This document shows, piece by piece, positions 8,014 to 16,309 of a stretch of 64,000 nucleotides of DNA. The notes under the pieces were generated by a model. The model searched no databases, was not told the origin of the DNA, and worked only from the letters and a program-made list of their open reading frames with translations. Within the stretch, counting starts at the first letter, position 1. Each line of letters begins with the position of its first letter. The stretch is from an uncultured Clostridia bacterium (GTDB lineage Bacteria; Bacillota; Clostridia; Oscillospirales; CAG-272), in NCBI GenBank assembly GCA_947631245.1, contig CANRKP010000001.1, positions 44,028 to 108,027 on the forward strand, given 5' to 3'. Both the position numbers and the translations under genes were made by a program.

Positions 8014-9441
8014 TTATTCTCCCATTATTTCGGGCGGCGTGACGGCGCCGGAGATGTAGTATTTCCCGTTGCTTTCGATGAGGACGCGGACGCCCTCCGC
8101 TTTGTCCCAAAGCTCCGTGTCAAGATATGCCGAGAAACCGTTGTCTCCGGGAGCGTCCGCGCCGAGCAGCTCTTCCTCGAATATCGGGAACGCCTCGTAT
8201 GCGTATGTTCCGTCCGCCGTATCGACGAGCAGGTACGCCCTGTAGCCGACGTCGAGATATTTTTCGTCCACAGTGCCGTAGACGTGCGCCATTCCTCCGC
8301 GCTTTTCGTATCCGAACGCGGCGTCTCCGTCCCCCATTGCCGATGCGTCGGCGGAGGCCTCCGCCTCGGGCGCCCTCATTATCGGCGCGCGGCGCGCAAG
8401 ATTTATGAGATTGCGCTCCACTATCTCAAGGACGCACACGTCATATCCGCCGCCCTCGAGCTTCTCTATCGGGAACGGGTACGCGCGCGAGAACTCCGCC
8501 TCTGCAAAGCTGCCGGCGAAGAACTCCTGCATCGTGTTGCAGAACGAGTCTCGGAACATCAAAAGCTTTCCGTGTCCCGAGCCGTTTTTCATTGTCAGGC
8601 TTAGCGCCTCGACGTTTTTCTCATGCGATGTGATGCGGTAGCCGAAATCGTATTCGGGATAATACTGCACGTCGGGCTCGGCGGCGTTTGAATACACCAT
8701 CTTCGCAAGATCGCCGGGCCAGTCGGCGCGCGCCTCAAACGTCATCCCCTCATAGCTTTTATGCTCGAAACCGACGGCGTCCATTATCGTTCTGTAGCCG
8801 AGGAGCGCGCCCCTGTAGTCCCAGTGGCTGTCGAGCCTTTGGTAGAGCACCTCGTCCTCAGCCTTAAGCGCGCCGAGAACGTCCGCCGCCGTCACTCCGT
8901 ACCGCGAGACCGCGTCCGCGACGAGCTCATAATTTCCCTTGCCAGAGAGCGGAATATAATTGTAAGGCATATTTTCCGTGTAGACAGTGTTCTTGTTCGG
9001 CACGACGGCAACGGCGAAAAGCGTGCCGTTTTCTTTCGCGTACTGCTCCATCATCAACAGCGTCCTGCCGATGTTTGAGGCGTTTCTTTCCGTGATCGTC
9101 GCGGTGTTGAGATAGTCCGCCGCGGTCTCCGCGTAGAACAGCCAGCCGCCGCGCCCGAGTATCACGTCGTCCTCGGACGAGCTGCCGAACAGCTTCGAGC
9201 GCAGAGCGCCGTTCGCCTCGACGAGAAGCCCACGCATCCCTATGTGCTCGGAAATATATGTGTCGAGCTGCTGCGTGAAATCCGCGTTGAAGCCGCCGTT
9301 CTCATTAAAAAAGGACGGAAATTCGGAGAGCTCGCGGTTTTCGGTATTTTCCCCGTCTTCAGGAAGCAGAAACATCAGCGCCGCCGGAAGTAGGAGCATC
9401 AGTATGAATATTATAAGGTAGACGACCGTGATCTTTTTCAC
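8014..9441 (-). CDS. DHHW/AlgJ-AlgX-like SGNH-type O-acyltransferase partner, N-terminal membrane anchor
   Basis: Single N-terminal TM segment (VVYLIIFILMLLLPAALMFLL) and a DxHW motif (RLDSHWDYRGALLGY). It sits immediately downstream of an MBOAT gene. Confidence 0.78.
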   Translation of the reverse strand: MKKITVVYLIIFILMLLLPAALMFLLPEDGENTENRELSEFPSFFNENGGFNADFTQQLDTYISEHIGMRGLLVEANGALRSKLFGSSSEDDVILGRGGWLFYAETAADYLNTATITERNASNIGRTLLMMEQYAKENGTLFAVAVVPNKNTVYTENMPYNYIPLSGKGNYELVADAVSRYGVTAADVLGALKAEDEVLYQRLDSHWDYRGALLGYRTIMDAVGFEHKSYEGMTFEARADWPGDLAKMVYSNAAEPDVQYYPEYDFGYRITSHEKNVEALSLTMKNGSGHGKLLMFRDSFCNTMQEFFAGSFAEAEFSRAYPFPIEKLEGGGYDVCVLEIVERNLINLARRAPIMRAPEAEASADASAMGDGDAAFGYEKRGGMAHVYGTVDEKYLDVGYRAYLLVDTADGTYAYEAFPIFEEELLGADAPGDNGFSAYLDTELWDKAEGVRVLIESNGKYYISGAVTPPEIMGE

Positions 9442-9493
9442 CGTGAGCCTCCTTTCGTTTCGGTTTTATTCTTCTTGCCTGCCATATGTCAAA

Positions 9494-10921
9494 TCAGAAC
9501 CTGAAATATATGAACGGGTTGTAGCTCGCCGACGCGAGCGCCATATACGACAGCACAAGTATCACGAGCCCGCCCGCCATGGTCAGAATCTCGAGCGGTC
9601 TGTGCTTCTCCGTCAGCCTGCGCCACAGCATTGCGGGGTACGGCGTCGACCCGATGACGGCGGCGGCAAAGACGAAGAGATAGTATGGCGAGAGGAACGC
9701 AGCCGCGGCAGCGTAACCCGCGCCGCCCCGCGCGCCGAAGCCCGCCATCGCCGCGAAGAACGTGCCCGCCTGCGAAAGCGTTTCCGCGCGGAAGAGGACA
9801 AAGCCCAACGTCACGGCGGCGAGAACGTACACATGCGAGAAGAAGCGGCGCACGCGCCCGCATCTTTTTTCGTCCCCCTCCCTGTAAACGGGGATGACGT
9901 TTAAAGACTCAAGCACGAGCAGCGTCCCGTGGTAGAGGCCCCAAAGGATGAAAGTCCAGTTTGCACCGTGCCACAGTCCCGTCATGAGGAAAACGATATA
10001 TCTGTTGCGGAGCGTATTCGCCTTGCCGTGTCTGTTGCCGCCGAGCGGAATATAAAGATACTCGCGGAACCAGGACGAGAGCGAGATATGCCATCTTCGC
10101 CAAAAATCCTGAATGCTTACGGAAATATACGGGTGGTCGAAATTCTCCGCGAACGTGAAGCCGAACATATGCCCGAGCCCTATCGCCATATCGGAATACC
10201 CGGAGAAATCGAAGTATATCTGCATCAGATACGACAGCGCGCCGACCCACGCCGCGAGCGTGCCGACTTCGTCATTGCCGAGCGCGAATATCGTGTCCGC
10301 CGCAAAACCCATGGCGTTTGAGATAAGTATCTTTTTCCCGAGCCCGCAAAGGAAGCGGAAGCTGCCCGTCTTCATCTTTTCCGCCGTCACGCGCCGCTCC
10401 GCTATTTGGAGCGCGACGTCATGATAACGTATGATGGGACCCGCTATCAGCTGCGGGAAGAAAGAGATGTAGAGCAGCAGGCGCGGGAAGCTGCGCTGCT
10501 CCTCCGCGTCGCCTCTGTACACGTCTATGACGTAGGAGAGCGCCTGAAACGTGTAAAACGATATCCCGATAGGCAGCCTTATCTCCGGCACCGGGAGCGC
10601 CGCCCATTCGGGGAGGCAGGCGTTTATGATGCCCGCGAAGAAGCCCGCGTATTTGAAAACGAACAAAAGCGACAGATTCACCGTCACCGCCGCCGCCAAA
10701 ATCGCGCGGTTCTTTCTCTTTCCGACAACGAGCCCGAAAACGTAGTTCAAAACTACCGATGCGAGCATCAGAAGGATGTACACGGGCTCGCCGTATGCAT
10801 AGAAAACGAGGCTGCCCAGTATGAGCAGCGCGTTTTTCGCGCGGATGCCGGGCAGCACCGTATGAAGTATCAGGACTCCGGAGAGAAAGAAGCAAAGGAA
10901 TGAAAACGAACTGAAAACCAT
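9494..10921 (-). CDS. MBOAT family membrane-bound O-acyltransferase (AlgI/DltB/PatA-like)
   Basis: Polytopic membrane protein with MBOAT hallmarks (FWRRWHISLSSWFREYLYIPLGGNR...TGLWHGANWTFILWG). Confidence 0.9.
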   Translation of the reverse strand: MVFSSFSFLCFFLSGVLILHTVLPGIRAKNALLILGSLVFYAYGEPVYILLMLASVVLNYVFGLVVGKRKNRAILAAAVTVNLSLLFVFKYAGFFAGIINACLPEWAALPVPEIRLPIGISFYTFQALSYVIDVYRGDAEEQRSFPRLLLYISFFPQLIAGPIIRYHDVALQIAERRVTAEKMKTGSFRFLCGLGKKILISNAMGFAADTIFALGNDEVGTLAAWVGALSYLMQIYFDFSGYSDMAIGLGHMFGFTFAENFDHPYISVSIQDFWRRWHISLSSWFREYLYIPLGGNRHGKANTLRNRYIVFLMTGLWHGANWTFILWGLYHGTLLVLESLNVIPVYREGDEKRCGRVRRFFSHVYVLAAVTLGFVLFRAETLSQAGTFFAAMAGFGARGGAGYAAAAAFLSPYYLFVFAAAVIGSTPYPAMLWRRLTEKHRPLEILTMAGGLVILVLSYMALASASYNPFIYFRF

Positions 10922-10930
10922 ACTTTTTTC

Positions 10931-13258
10931 TCAGACCGCGGGCGGGTACAGACTGTGGTCCCACTCGTAGCGGACGCCTTTTAAATGTTTGTTGTTTATA
11001 GCCTCGAGCTCTTTGTCCGTCAAAAGGTAGATGTCCATCTTCGAGCGCTCGGTGTCCATATGCCTCCATACGCCGGGCTCGACCTCGACGAGCAGCCAGT
11101 TATGCTCGGAATAGACGGCGCCCTTGCCGACGACGGTTATGACGTTGTAGCCAGCCGCCTGCATCATCAGCTTTGTCAGCGACATGTAGTCGTAGCACGC
11201 GCCCTTCTTGTTGTTGAGCAAGCGGCACGCCATCTCCTTTTCGGAGTCGAGCTTCTTGTAATACTTGTACTTGTAGTTGTCGCGAACGTAGAGGAATATG
11301 TCTCTCATGCCGCGCCCGTACTTGTTGAGCAGTATTTCTATATACTCGTCGATGTTTTCGGGCGTGATCTTCTTGAACTTGTCCTCTTTGCTCGTCGCGA
11401 CGCCGTCCTTGTCGATGATATATCCGTCGATCTCGGTGCTCACCGCGAGCTCGCCGTCATCGTAGAAGTAGTACTTTTTCTTTTCTATAGTCTGCCAGCC
11501 GATGTACATCTTGCCCGTCTTGTCGAAATATCTCTTCTTCCCCTCGACGGTCTGCCAGCCCGTGACCGCGCGTCCTTCGCTGTCAAAGTAGTATTTTGCC
11601 TTCGAAATAGTGTGCCAGCCGCCGGAAGGCTTTCCGTTCTCGTCGAAGTACCAATACTTGCCGTCGACCTCCGTGAGACCCGTCGCGACATATCCGTTCT
11701 TGTAGCAGACGCCGTCGTGCCACCCTTCGCGGAGCGAGCCGTCGTCGGAGAAGAGGTATTTCACGCCGTCTATCTTTTTCTCTCCCGTCGTGGGCACGCC
11801 CTCGGACGTAAGATAATAGCGGACGCCGTTGACCTTTGCCCAGCCCGTGACCATTGCGAAGTCGTCGCCGAACAGCCGCCGCTTGCCGTCAGCCGTCTGC
11901 CAGCCGGAGAGCGCGCTCCCCTCGCTGCCAAAGAGATAATACTTTCCTTCGACGGCGATAAATCCCGTCTGCTTTATGCCGTCTTCGCCGAAGAAGTACA
12001 GCGCGTCCCCTACCGTGAGAAGACCCGACACGGGCTTGCCGTCTTCGCCGAGATAATATACGTCGCCGCCGCGCTTGACCCAGCCGTCCTGACGCGCGCC
12101 GTCGTCACCGAAATAATATGTGCTCCCGTCGACATTCTGCCAGCCTGTCCTTGCGGCGCCGTCGCCGCCGAGATAGTATTTCTTCCCGTCGATATCCTGC
12201 CAGCCCGTTTTGATAACGCCGTCGTCTCCGAGATAATATCTACTGCCGCCGAGCGTCTGCCAGCCCGAGAGCCGCTCCCCGTCGCCGCCGAATATATATT
12301 CCTTTCCGTCAACGGAGGCGCGTCCGGTCGCCATCGCGCCGTCATCCCCGAACCAGTACGTTTTCCCGTCTACATTTTGCCAGCCCGAAAGTCTTGCTCC
12401 GTCGTCGCCGAAAAGATACGTCTTCCCGTCCTTTTCCGCCATACCGTAAACGAGCTTTCCGTCGTCGCCTAAAAGGACCGTGCTGCCGTCGCGTTCGCTC
12501 CAGCCCGTAACCATCGCGCCGTCGCCGTCAAACAGATATGTTCCGTCCGAAAGCTCCGTCCAGCCGACCGCGAGCTTTCCGTCATCATAGGCATAGTAAG
12601 TCTTACTGTCGCACTCGTTCATGCCGTAAAGGACTGCGCCGCCCTCTCCGGCGAGATACATCCCGTCCTCGGTCTTAAAGAGACCCGACGCCGCCATTCC
12701 GTGCTCGTCGCGGCAGAATAGCCCGTCCTCTGTCTCGATAACTCCCGTCAGCAGCTTGCCGTCGTCTCCGAGGTCATACTTCTCCCCTTCGATATCGACG
12801 ACACCCGTCATGATGCCGCCTTCCTGCGTCTGATAGTATACGCTCTCCCCGTCGGTGACCCAGCCCTCGACGAACAGCCCGTCGTCGGAGAACACATACT
12901 CCGTCCCCGCGACCTCCGTCATGCCCGTCAGATACTGACCGTCGACATAATAGCGCGTTCCCTCGCCGGATCTGCTCCAGCCCGTTGCGTGAGCCCTTGC
13001 GTAAATGAACGCCGCGCCTCCCACAATAAGTACGACGGCGGCGGAAGCTCCCGCGAGCGCCGCCGTCATCCTGCGCCCCTTTTTCGCCGACGCGTCTGCG
13101 GCGGAAGCCTTTTTCGGTCGGGACGCCTTTTTTTCGTGCTTTTTATCGGAGCCTGTACCGGAGGCGGACGCCTCTTTTCTGGCTTCCTCTTTCGCTCGGC
13201 GGCGCGCTCTTTCGGATTTATCCTTTGCGCCCGCCTTCGCTGCCTTCGATCTGCCCAT
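10931..13258 (-). CDS. membrane-anchored cell-wall-binding-repeat protein with C-terminal transglutaminase-like cysteine peptidase domain
   Basis: The N-terminal ~65 aa are Lys/Ala-rich and are followed by a TM segment. About two dozen ~20-aa repeats of the type GW..vdGktYyFgdDGam.tG follow. The C-terminus carries a Cys-His-Asp core (KKGACYDYMS ... EHNWLLVEV ... RHMDTE). Confidence 0.85.
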   Translation of the reverse strand: MGRSKAAKAGAKDKSERARRRAKEEARKEASASGTGSDKKHEKKASRPKKASAADASAKKGRRMTAALAGASAAVVLIVGGAAFIYARAHATGWSRSGEGTRYYVDGQYLTGMTEVAGTEYVFSDDGLFVEGWVTDGESVYYQTQEGGIMTGVVDIEGEKYDLGDDGKLLTGVIETEDGLFCRDEHGMAASGLFKTEDGMYLAGEGGAVLYGMNECDSKTYYAYDDGKLAVGWTELSDGTYLFDGDGAMVTGWSERDGSTVLLGDDGKLVYGMAEKDGKTYLFGDDGARLSGWQNVDGKTYWFGDDGAMATGRASVDGKEYIFGGDGERLSGWQTLGGSRYYLGDDGVIKTGWQDIDGKKYYLGGDGAARTGWQNVDGSTYYFGDDGARQDGWVKRGGDVYYLGEDGKPVSGLLTVGDALYFFGEDGIKQTGFIAVEGKYYLFGSEGSALSGWQTADGKRRLFGDDFAMVTGWAKVNGVRYYLTSEGVPTTGEKKIDGVKYLFSDDGSLREGWHDGVCYKNGYVATGLTEVDGKYWYFDENGKPSGGWHTISKAKYYFDSEGRAVTGWQTVEGKKRYFDKTGKMYIGWQTIEKKKYYFYDDGELAVSTEIDGYIIDKDGVATSKEDKFKKITPENIDEYIEILLNKYGRGMRDIFLYVRDNYKYKYYKKLDSEKEMACRLLNNKKGACYDYMSLTKLMMQAAGYNVITVVGKGAVYSEHNWLLVEVEPGVWRHMDTERSKMDIYLLTDKELEAINNKHLKGVRYEWDHSLYPPAV
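11416..12982 (-). repeat. coding tandem array of ~60-nt units (cell-wall/choline-binding-type repeats)
   Basis: Periodic GW/YYF/DDG pattern in the translation. The opposite strand carries a long artefactual ORF (10985..12472) created by the repeat codon pattern. Confidence 0.85.
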
Positions 13259-14028
13259 TAACCGGTCACCCCTTCGTCGATTATATCGATGCTTTCGAGT
13301 ATGTCTGACTCGTCGAACGTAAACGAAGCGACGATATCGGTCCCCTCGAGCCTGTACTCATATGTGCCGAAATAGCTGTCGGACGCAAAGCCGTACATAT
13401 CGAGCAGCTCCTCCGCCGTCGTCTTTCCGACCTCGGCGCCCTTGTTTGTCTTATAATCGGGAGACGTTATGTAGATATCGTATATGATCTGTTTTCCGTC
13501 TTCCGCGACGGTAAAGACGACGAATTCCTCGCCGCCGTAATAATAGTTCGTGTCGTATCCGCCGTCAAGGCATGCCTGCCCCTCGACTACCTCGGCATCG
13601 CCGACCTTTTCGTAGTTCGGGAGAAAATCGTCCCCGATGCGTATCACAACGCCGTTTACGGTGACGGTCGCGTCATCCTCCGTGAATTTGCCGGTCTCGC
13701 CCGCTGCGCCCGCCGTCGTCTCGTCGGAAGGCTCGTCAGACGGCTTGTCCGTCTCCTTCGCGTCGGTGCCGGGTGCCTCGGTCTGCGGTCCGTCCGTGCC
13801 GGGGGCGTCGGTGCCGGGAGTTTCCTCCGCCGCGTCCGTCGCTTTGTCTTCTCCGACCGTTTCTTTGTCGTTTTTTCCGCCGACGTTTATATGCACGTTC
13901 GTTCCCTCGCCCGTGCCGTCCGTCTGCTTGTCCTCATCTCCGCTGCAAGCCGCGAGCGACAGAATGACGAACGCGGAGAGCGTGGCGGCGCCGAGCTTCA
14001 GAAATTTATATAAATCGAATTTTTTCAT
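13258..14028 (-). CDS. secreted lipoprotein, hypothetical
   Basis: Signal peptide with a lipobox (FVILSLAACSG), followed by an acidic Thr/Glu/Asp/Pro-rich linker and a C-terminal globular domain. The stop overlaps the next gene's start (TAATG at 13256-13260). Confidence 0.7.
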   Translation of the reverse strand: MKKFDLYKFLKLGAATLSAFVILSLAACSGDEDKQTDGTGEGTNVHINVGGKNDKETVGEDKATDAAEETPGTDAPGTDGPQTEAPGTDAKETDKPSDEPSDETTAGAAGETGKFTEDDATVTVNGVVIRIGDDFLPNYEKVGDAEVVEGQACLDGGYDTNYYYGGEEFVVFTVAEDGKQIIYDIYITSPDYKTNKGAEVGKTTAEELLDMYGFASDSYFGTYEYRLEGTDIVASFTFDESDILESIDIIDEGVTG

Positions 14029-14101
14029 GCGTCAGATCTCCCTTTTCCGATATTTTGAGGGTCCAATCGACCTTTTTTAAGAATTGAGATTATCTTATAA
14101 G

Positions 14102-14131
14102 AGTATATACCAAAAATCGACCTCTTGTCAA
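14102..14131 (-). promoter_or_regulatory. sigma-70-type promoter of the envelope operon
   Basis: Minus strand TTGACA (14131-14126), 18-nt spacer, TATACT (14107-14102). Confidence 0.5.
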
Positions 14132-14196
14132 TATATTCGCGGTACAAATACGACGGAAATTAAGCATTTCCGCCCCGCAAAAGTTCCGCATACTTC

Positions 14197-14250
14197 ACAA
14201 AAAAATGAAGCCCGCGGGGAGCCTCTTCTGCATAAAGGGCTCCCCGCGGG
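14197..14250 (-). terminator. terminator of flavodiiron gene
   Basis: A 13-bp perfect stem (CCCGCGGGGAGCC / GGCTCCCCGCGGG) is followed on the minus strand by CTTCATTTTTTTG. Confidence 0.8.
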
Positions 14251-14288
14251 CAAAAAGTCGGGCGGGTTTTAAATTATTCCGCGTTTCG

Positions 14289-14320
14289 TTATTCTGTTAT
14301 TCTATTATTCTATTATTCTA
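14289..14320. repeat. 8-bp tandem repeat (TTATTCTG, then TTATTCTA x3)
   Basis: Four contiguous units. The last unit contains the stop codon (TAA on the minus strand, 14313-14315) of the flavodiiron gene. Confidence 0.8.
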
Positions 14321-16106
14321 TCGGCTCAAAGTCGGCGGGACCGTGCTTGCAGAGCGGGCAGACGAAGTCCTCTGGCAGCTCGTCCCCCTCGTAGACGTAA
14401 CCGCAGACGCGGCAGACCCATCCGCGCTTGCCCTCCGTCTTCGGCTTCGGCTTGACGTTTTTCTGATAGTATGTGTACGTCATCGTCTCGGCGTCGGAGA
14501 TGACGCGCGCCTCCGTCACGTCGCATATGAACATCCCGTGCGTGCCGAGGTCCACATAGTCGACGACGGAGAGAGACAAAAACGAATTGATGTAGCGGGA
14601 GAGGAAAGGAAGTCCGTTGTCGGAACAGAGCATTTCCATGCCCTCGAATTTGTTCGCGTTGCGCCCCGAGCGGAAGCCGAAGTTCTCGAACACAGAGAAC
14701 GGCGCCTCGACCGAGAGACAGCAGACGTTCATCTTTCCCGACCCCTTTATTATGTGGTGGGAATAGTTCTCCTTGTTTATCGTGACGGCGACGCGGTTCG
14801 GCGTGTTTGTCACCTGGCACACGGTATTGACGATGAGACCGTTCGGCTTTTTGCCGTCGCTGCACGTTACGACGTAGAGACCGTAGCCTATGTTGAAGAG
14901 CGCGGACAGGTCGTGCTTGTTCGCGGTCTCACCGCTCTGTGCGATATAGTCGCGGCAGAGCTCCTCGGCGAGCGCCTCGAGCTCGCCCGAGCTCCTCTCG
15001 TCGAGCGCGGAACGGATAGTCACCGTCGTGTCGGTGTATGTGATGTTCTTCGAGCCCTCGAGCATCTTCTTTATCGTCTTGGCGGCGAGCGGCGCCCATG
15101 AGCCGTTCTCTATGATGCCGACCCTGCGGTCGCGGTAGCCGCGCTCCGTCAGATGGTTTATGAACTCGCGCATGAAGGGGAATATCTCTGCGTTGTACGT
15201 CGTCGTCGCGAGCACGAGCTTGCCGTAACGGAACGCGTCCTCGACCGCCTCCGCCATGTCGGAGCGGGCAAGGTCCGTGACGACTATCTTCGGGCAGCCC
15301 TTCGAGCGCAGCTTGTCCGCGAGCTTTTCGACCGCCTCCTTCGTATGACCGTAGACGGACGTATACGCTATCATTATGCCCTCGGTCTCGACGGAATACG
15401 ACGACCATATCTTATAAAGATTGATATAATAACCGAGGTCCTCGGTAAGGACGGGACCGTGAAGCGGGCATATCTTCGCGATGTCGAGCCCCTCCGCCTT
15501 TTTGAGCAGGGATGTGACCTGCGCGCCGTATTTGCCCACGATGCCGACGTAGTAGCGGCGCGCCTCGCATGCCCAGTCGTCCTCCTCGCGGTCGAGCGCG
15601 CCGAATTTGCCGAAGCCGTCCGCGGAGAAGAGCACGCGGTCGCGGTCGTCGTATGTCACGATGACCTCGGGCCAGTGCACCATCGGCGCCGTGATAAACG
15701 TGAGCGTATGCTCACCGAGCGGGAGCTTGTCCCCCTCTCCGACGACGATGCGCCTGTCCTCAAATTCGGTGCCGAAAAACTGTTTCATCATCGCAAACGC
15801 CTTTGCGGACGAAACGACGACCGCCTTCGGGTACGCAGCGCAGAAGCGCTCGATCCCCGAGCTGTGGTCGGGCTCCATGTGCTGAACGACGAGGTAGTCG
15901 GGCTGCCTGCCGCCGAGTTCGCGGTCGAGATTGTCGAGCCACTCGTGGACGAACCTGCCGTCAACGGTGTCCATGACGGCGCACTTGCCGTCCTTTATGA
16001 GATATGAGTTGTACGCCATGCCGTTCGGCACTATGTACTGCCCCTCGAAAAGGTCTATATCATGGTCGTTGACCCCGATATAACGTATGTCTTTTGTTAT
16101 CTCCAT
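14313..16106 (-). CDS. multidomain flavodiiron protein: metallo-beta-lactamase-like diiron + flavodoxin + flavin-reductase-like + rubredoxin
   Basis: The diiron ligand motif is HMEPDH. The flavodoxin segment reads IMIAYTSVYGHTKEAVEKLA and the flavin reductase-like segment reads LYVVTCSDGKKPNGLIVNTVCQVT. The C-terminal rubredoxin is WVCRVCGYVYEG...FVCPLCKHG. The start is set at the ATG at 16106 (MEITKDIRYIG, GGGAGA RBS); the 112-codon upstream extension was rejected. Confidence 0.9.
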   Translation of the reverse strand: MEITKDIRYIGVNDHDIDLFEGQYIVPNGMAYNSYLIKDGKCAVMDTVDGRFVHEWLDNLDRELGGRQPDYLVVQHMEPDHSSGIERFCAAYPKAVVVSSAKAFAMMKQFFGTEFEDRRIVVGEGDKLPLGEHTLTFITAPMVHWPEVIVTYDDRDRVLFSADGFGKFGALDREEDDWACEARRYYVGIVGKYGAQVTSLLKKAEGLDIAKICPLHGPVLTEDLGYYINLYKIWSSYSVETEGIMIAYTSVYGHTKEAVEKLADKLRSKGCPKIVVTDLARSDMAEAVEDAFRYGKLVLATTTYNAEIFPFMREFINHLTERGYRDRRVGIIENGSWAPLAAKTIKKMLEGSKNITYTDTTVTIRSALDERSSGELEALAEELCRDYIAQSGETANKHDLSALFNIGYGLYVVTCSDGKKPNGLIVNTVCQVTNTPNRVAVTINKENYSHHIIKGSGKMNVCCLSVEAPFSVFENFGFRSGRNANKFEGMEMLCSDNGLPFLSRYINSFLSLSVVDYVDLGTHGMFICDVTEARVISDAETMTYTYYQKNVKPKPKTEGKRGWVCRVCGYVYEGDELPEDFVCPLCKHGPADFEPIE

Positions 16107-16143
16107 ATCAAACTGTCTCCCTTTACGGTTTTTTCTTATATTG

Positions 16144-16172
16144 AGTATACTCCATCTCGGGGAAAGTTTCAA
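16144..16172 (-). promoter_or_regulatory. promoter of flavodiiron gene
   Basis: Minus strand TTGAAA, 17 nt, TATACT. It lies ~38 nt upstream of the ATG at 16106. Confidence 0.6.
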
Positions 16173-16209
16173 TACCCCAAAAAAACTTTGCGGGCGCGAA
16201 AGCCAAAAT

Positions 16210-16221
16210 CCGACGCGTCGG
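16210..16221. promoter_or_regulatory. perfect 12-bp palindrome CCGACGCGTCGG between divergent promoters
   Basis: Read directly from the sequence. It is centred between the -35 elements of the flavodiiron and DUF5685-like promoters. Confidence 0.3.
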
Positions 16222-16241
16222 TGAGAGAGCAAAAAAAGCAC

Positions 16242-16270
16242 TTGAAAATTTTGCCCCTCTGATGTAGAAT
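16242..16270 (+). promoter_or_regulatory. promoter of DUF5685-like/J-domain/membrane operon
   Basis: TTGAAA (16242-16247), 17 nt, TAGAAT (16265-16270) preceded by TG. Confidence 0.6.
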
Positions 16271-16309
16271 ATATTATGTATAAGTATCTGACGGCAAAGG
16301 AGTGTCGGC

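Noticed and set aside
10985-12472. 495-aa plus-strand ORF opposite the cell-wall-binding repeat gene
   Set aside because: It is an artefact of the repetitive codon pattern of the minus-strand repeats. It has no RBS and a low-complexity Val/Ala/Arg-rich translation.
14289-14320. Short tandem repeats (here and at 25175-25221) as possible CRISPR-like arrays
   Set aside because: The units are 8-10 bp with no spacers. There are no cas genes in the window, and the size and architecture are incompatible with CRISPR.
14205-16007. Plus-strand ORFs 14205..15101 (298 aa) and 15153..16007 (284 aa) opposite the flavodiiron gene
   Set aside because: The minus-strand product has four recognisable redox domains in one continuous frame. 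The plus-strand translations have no motifs.
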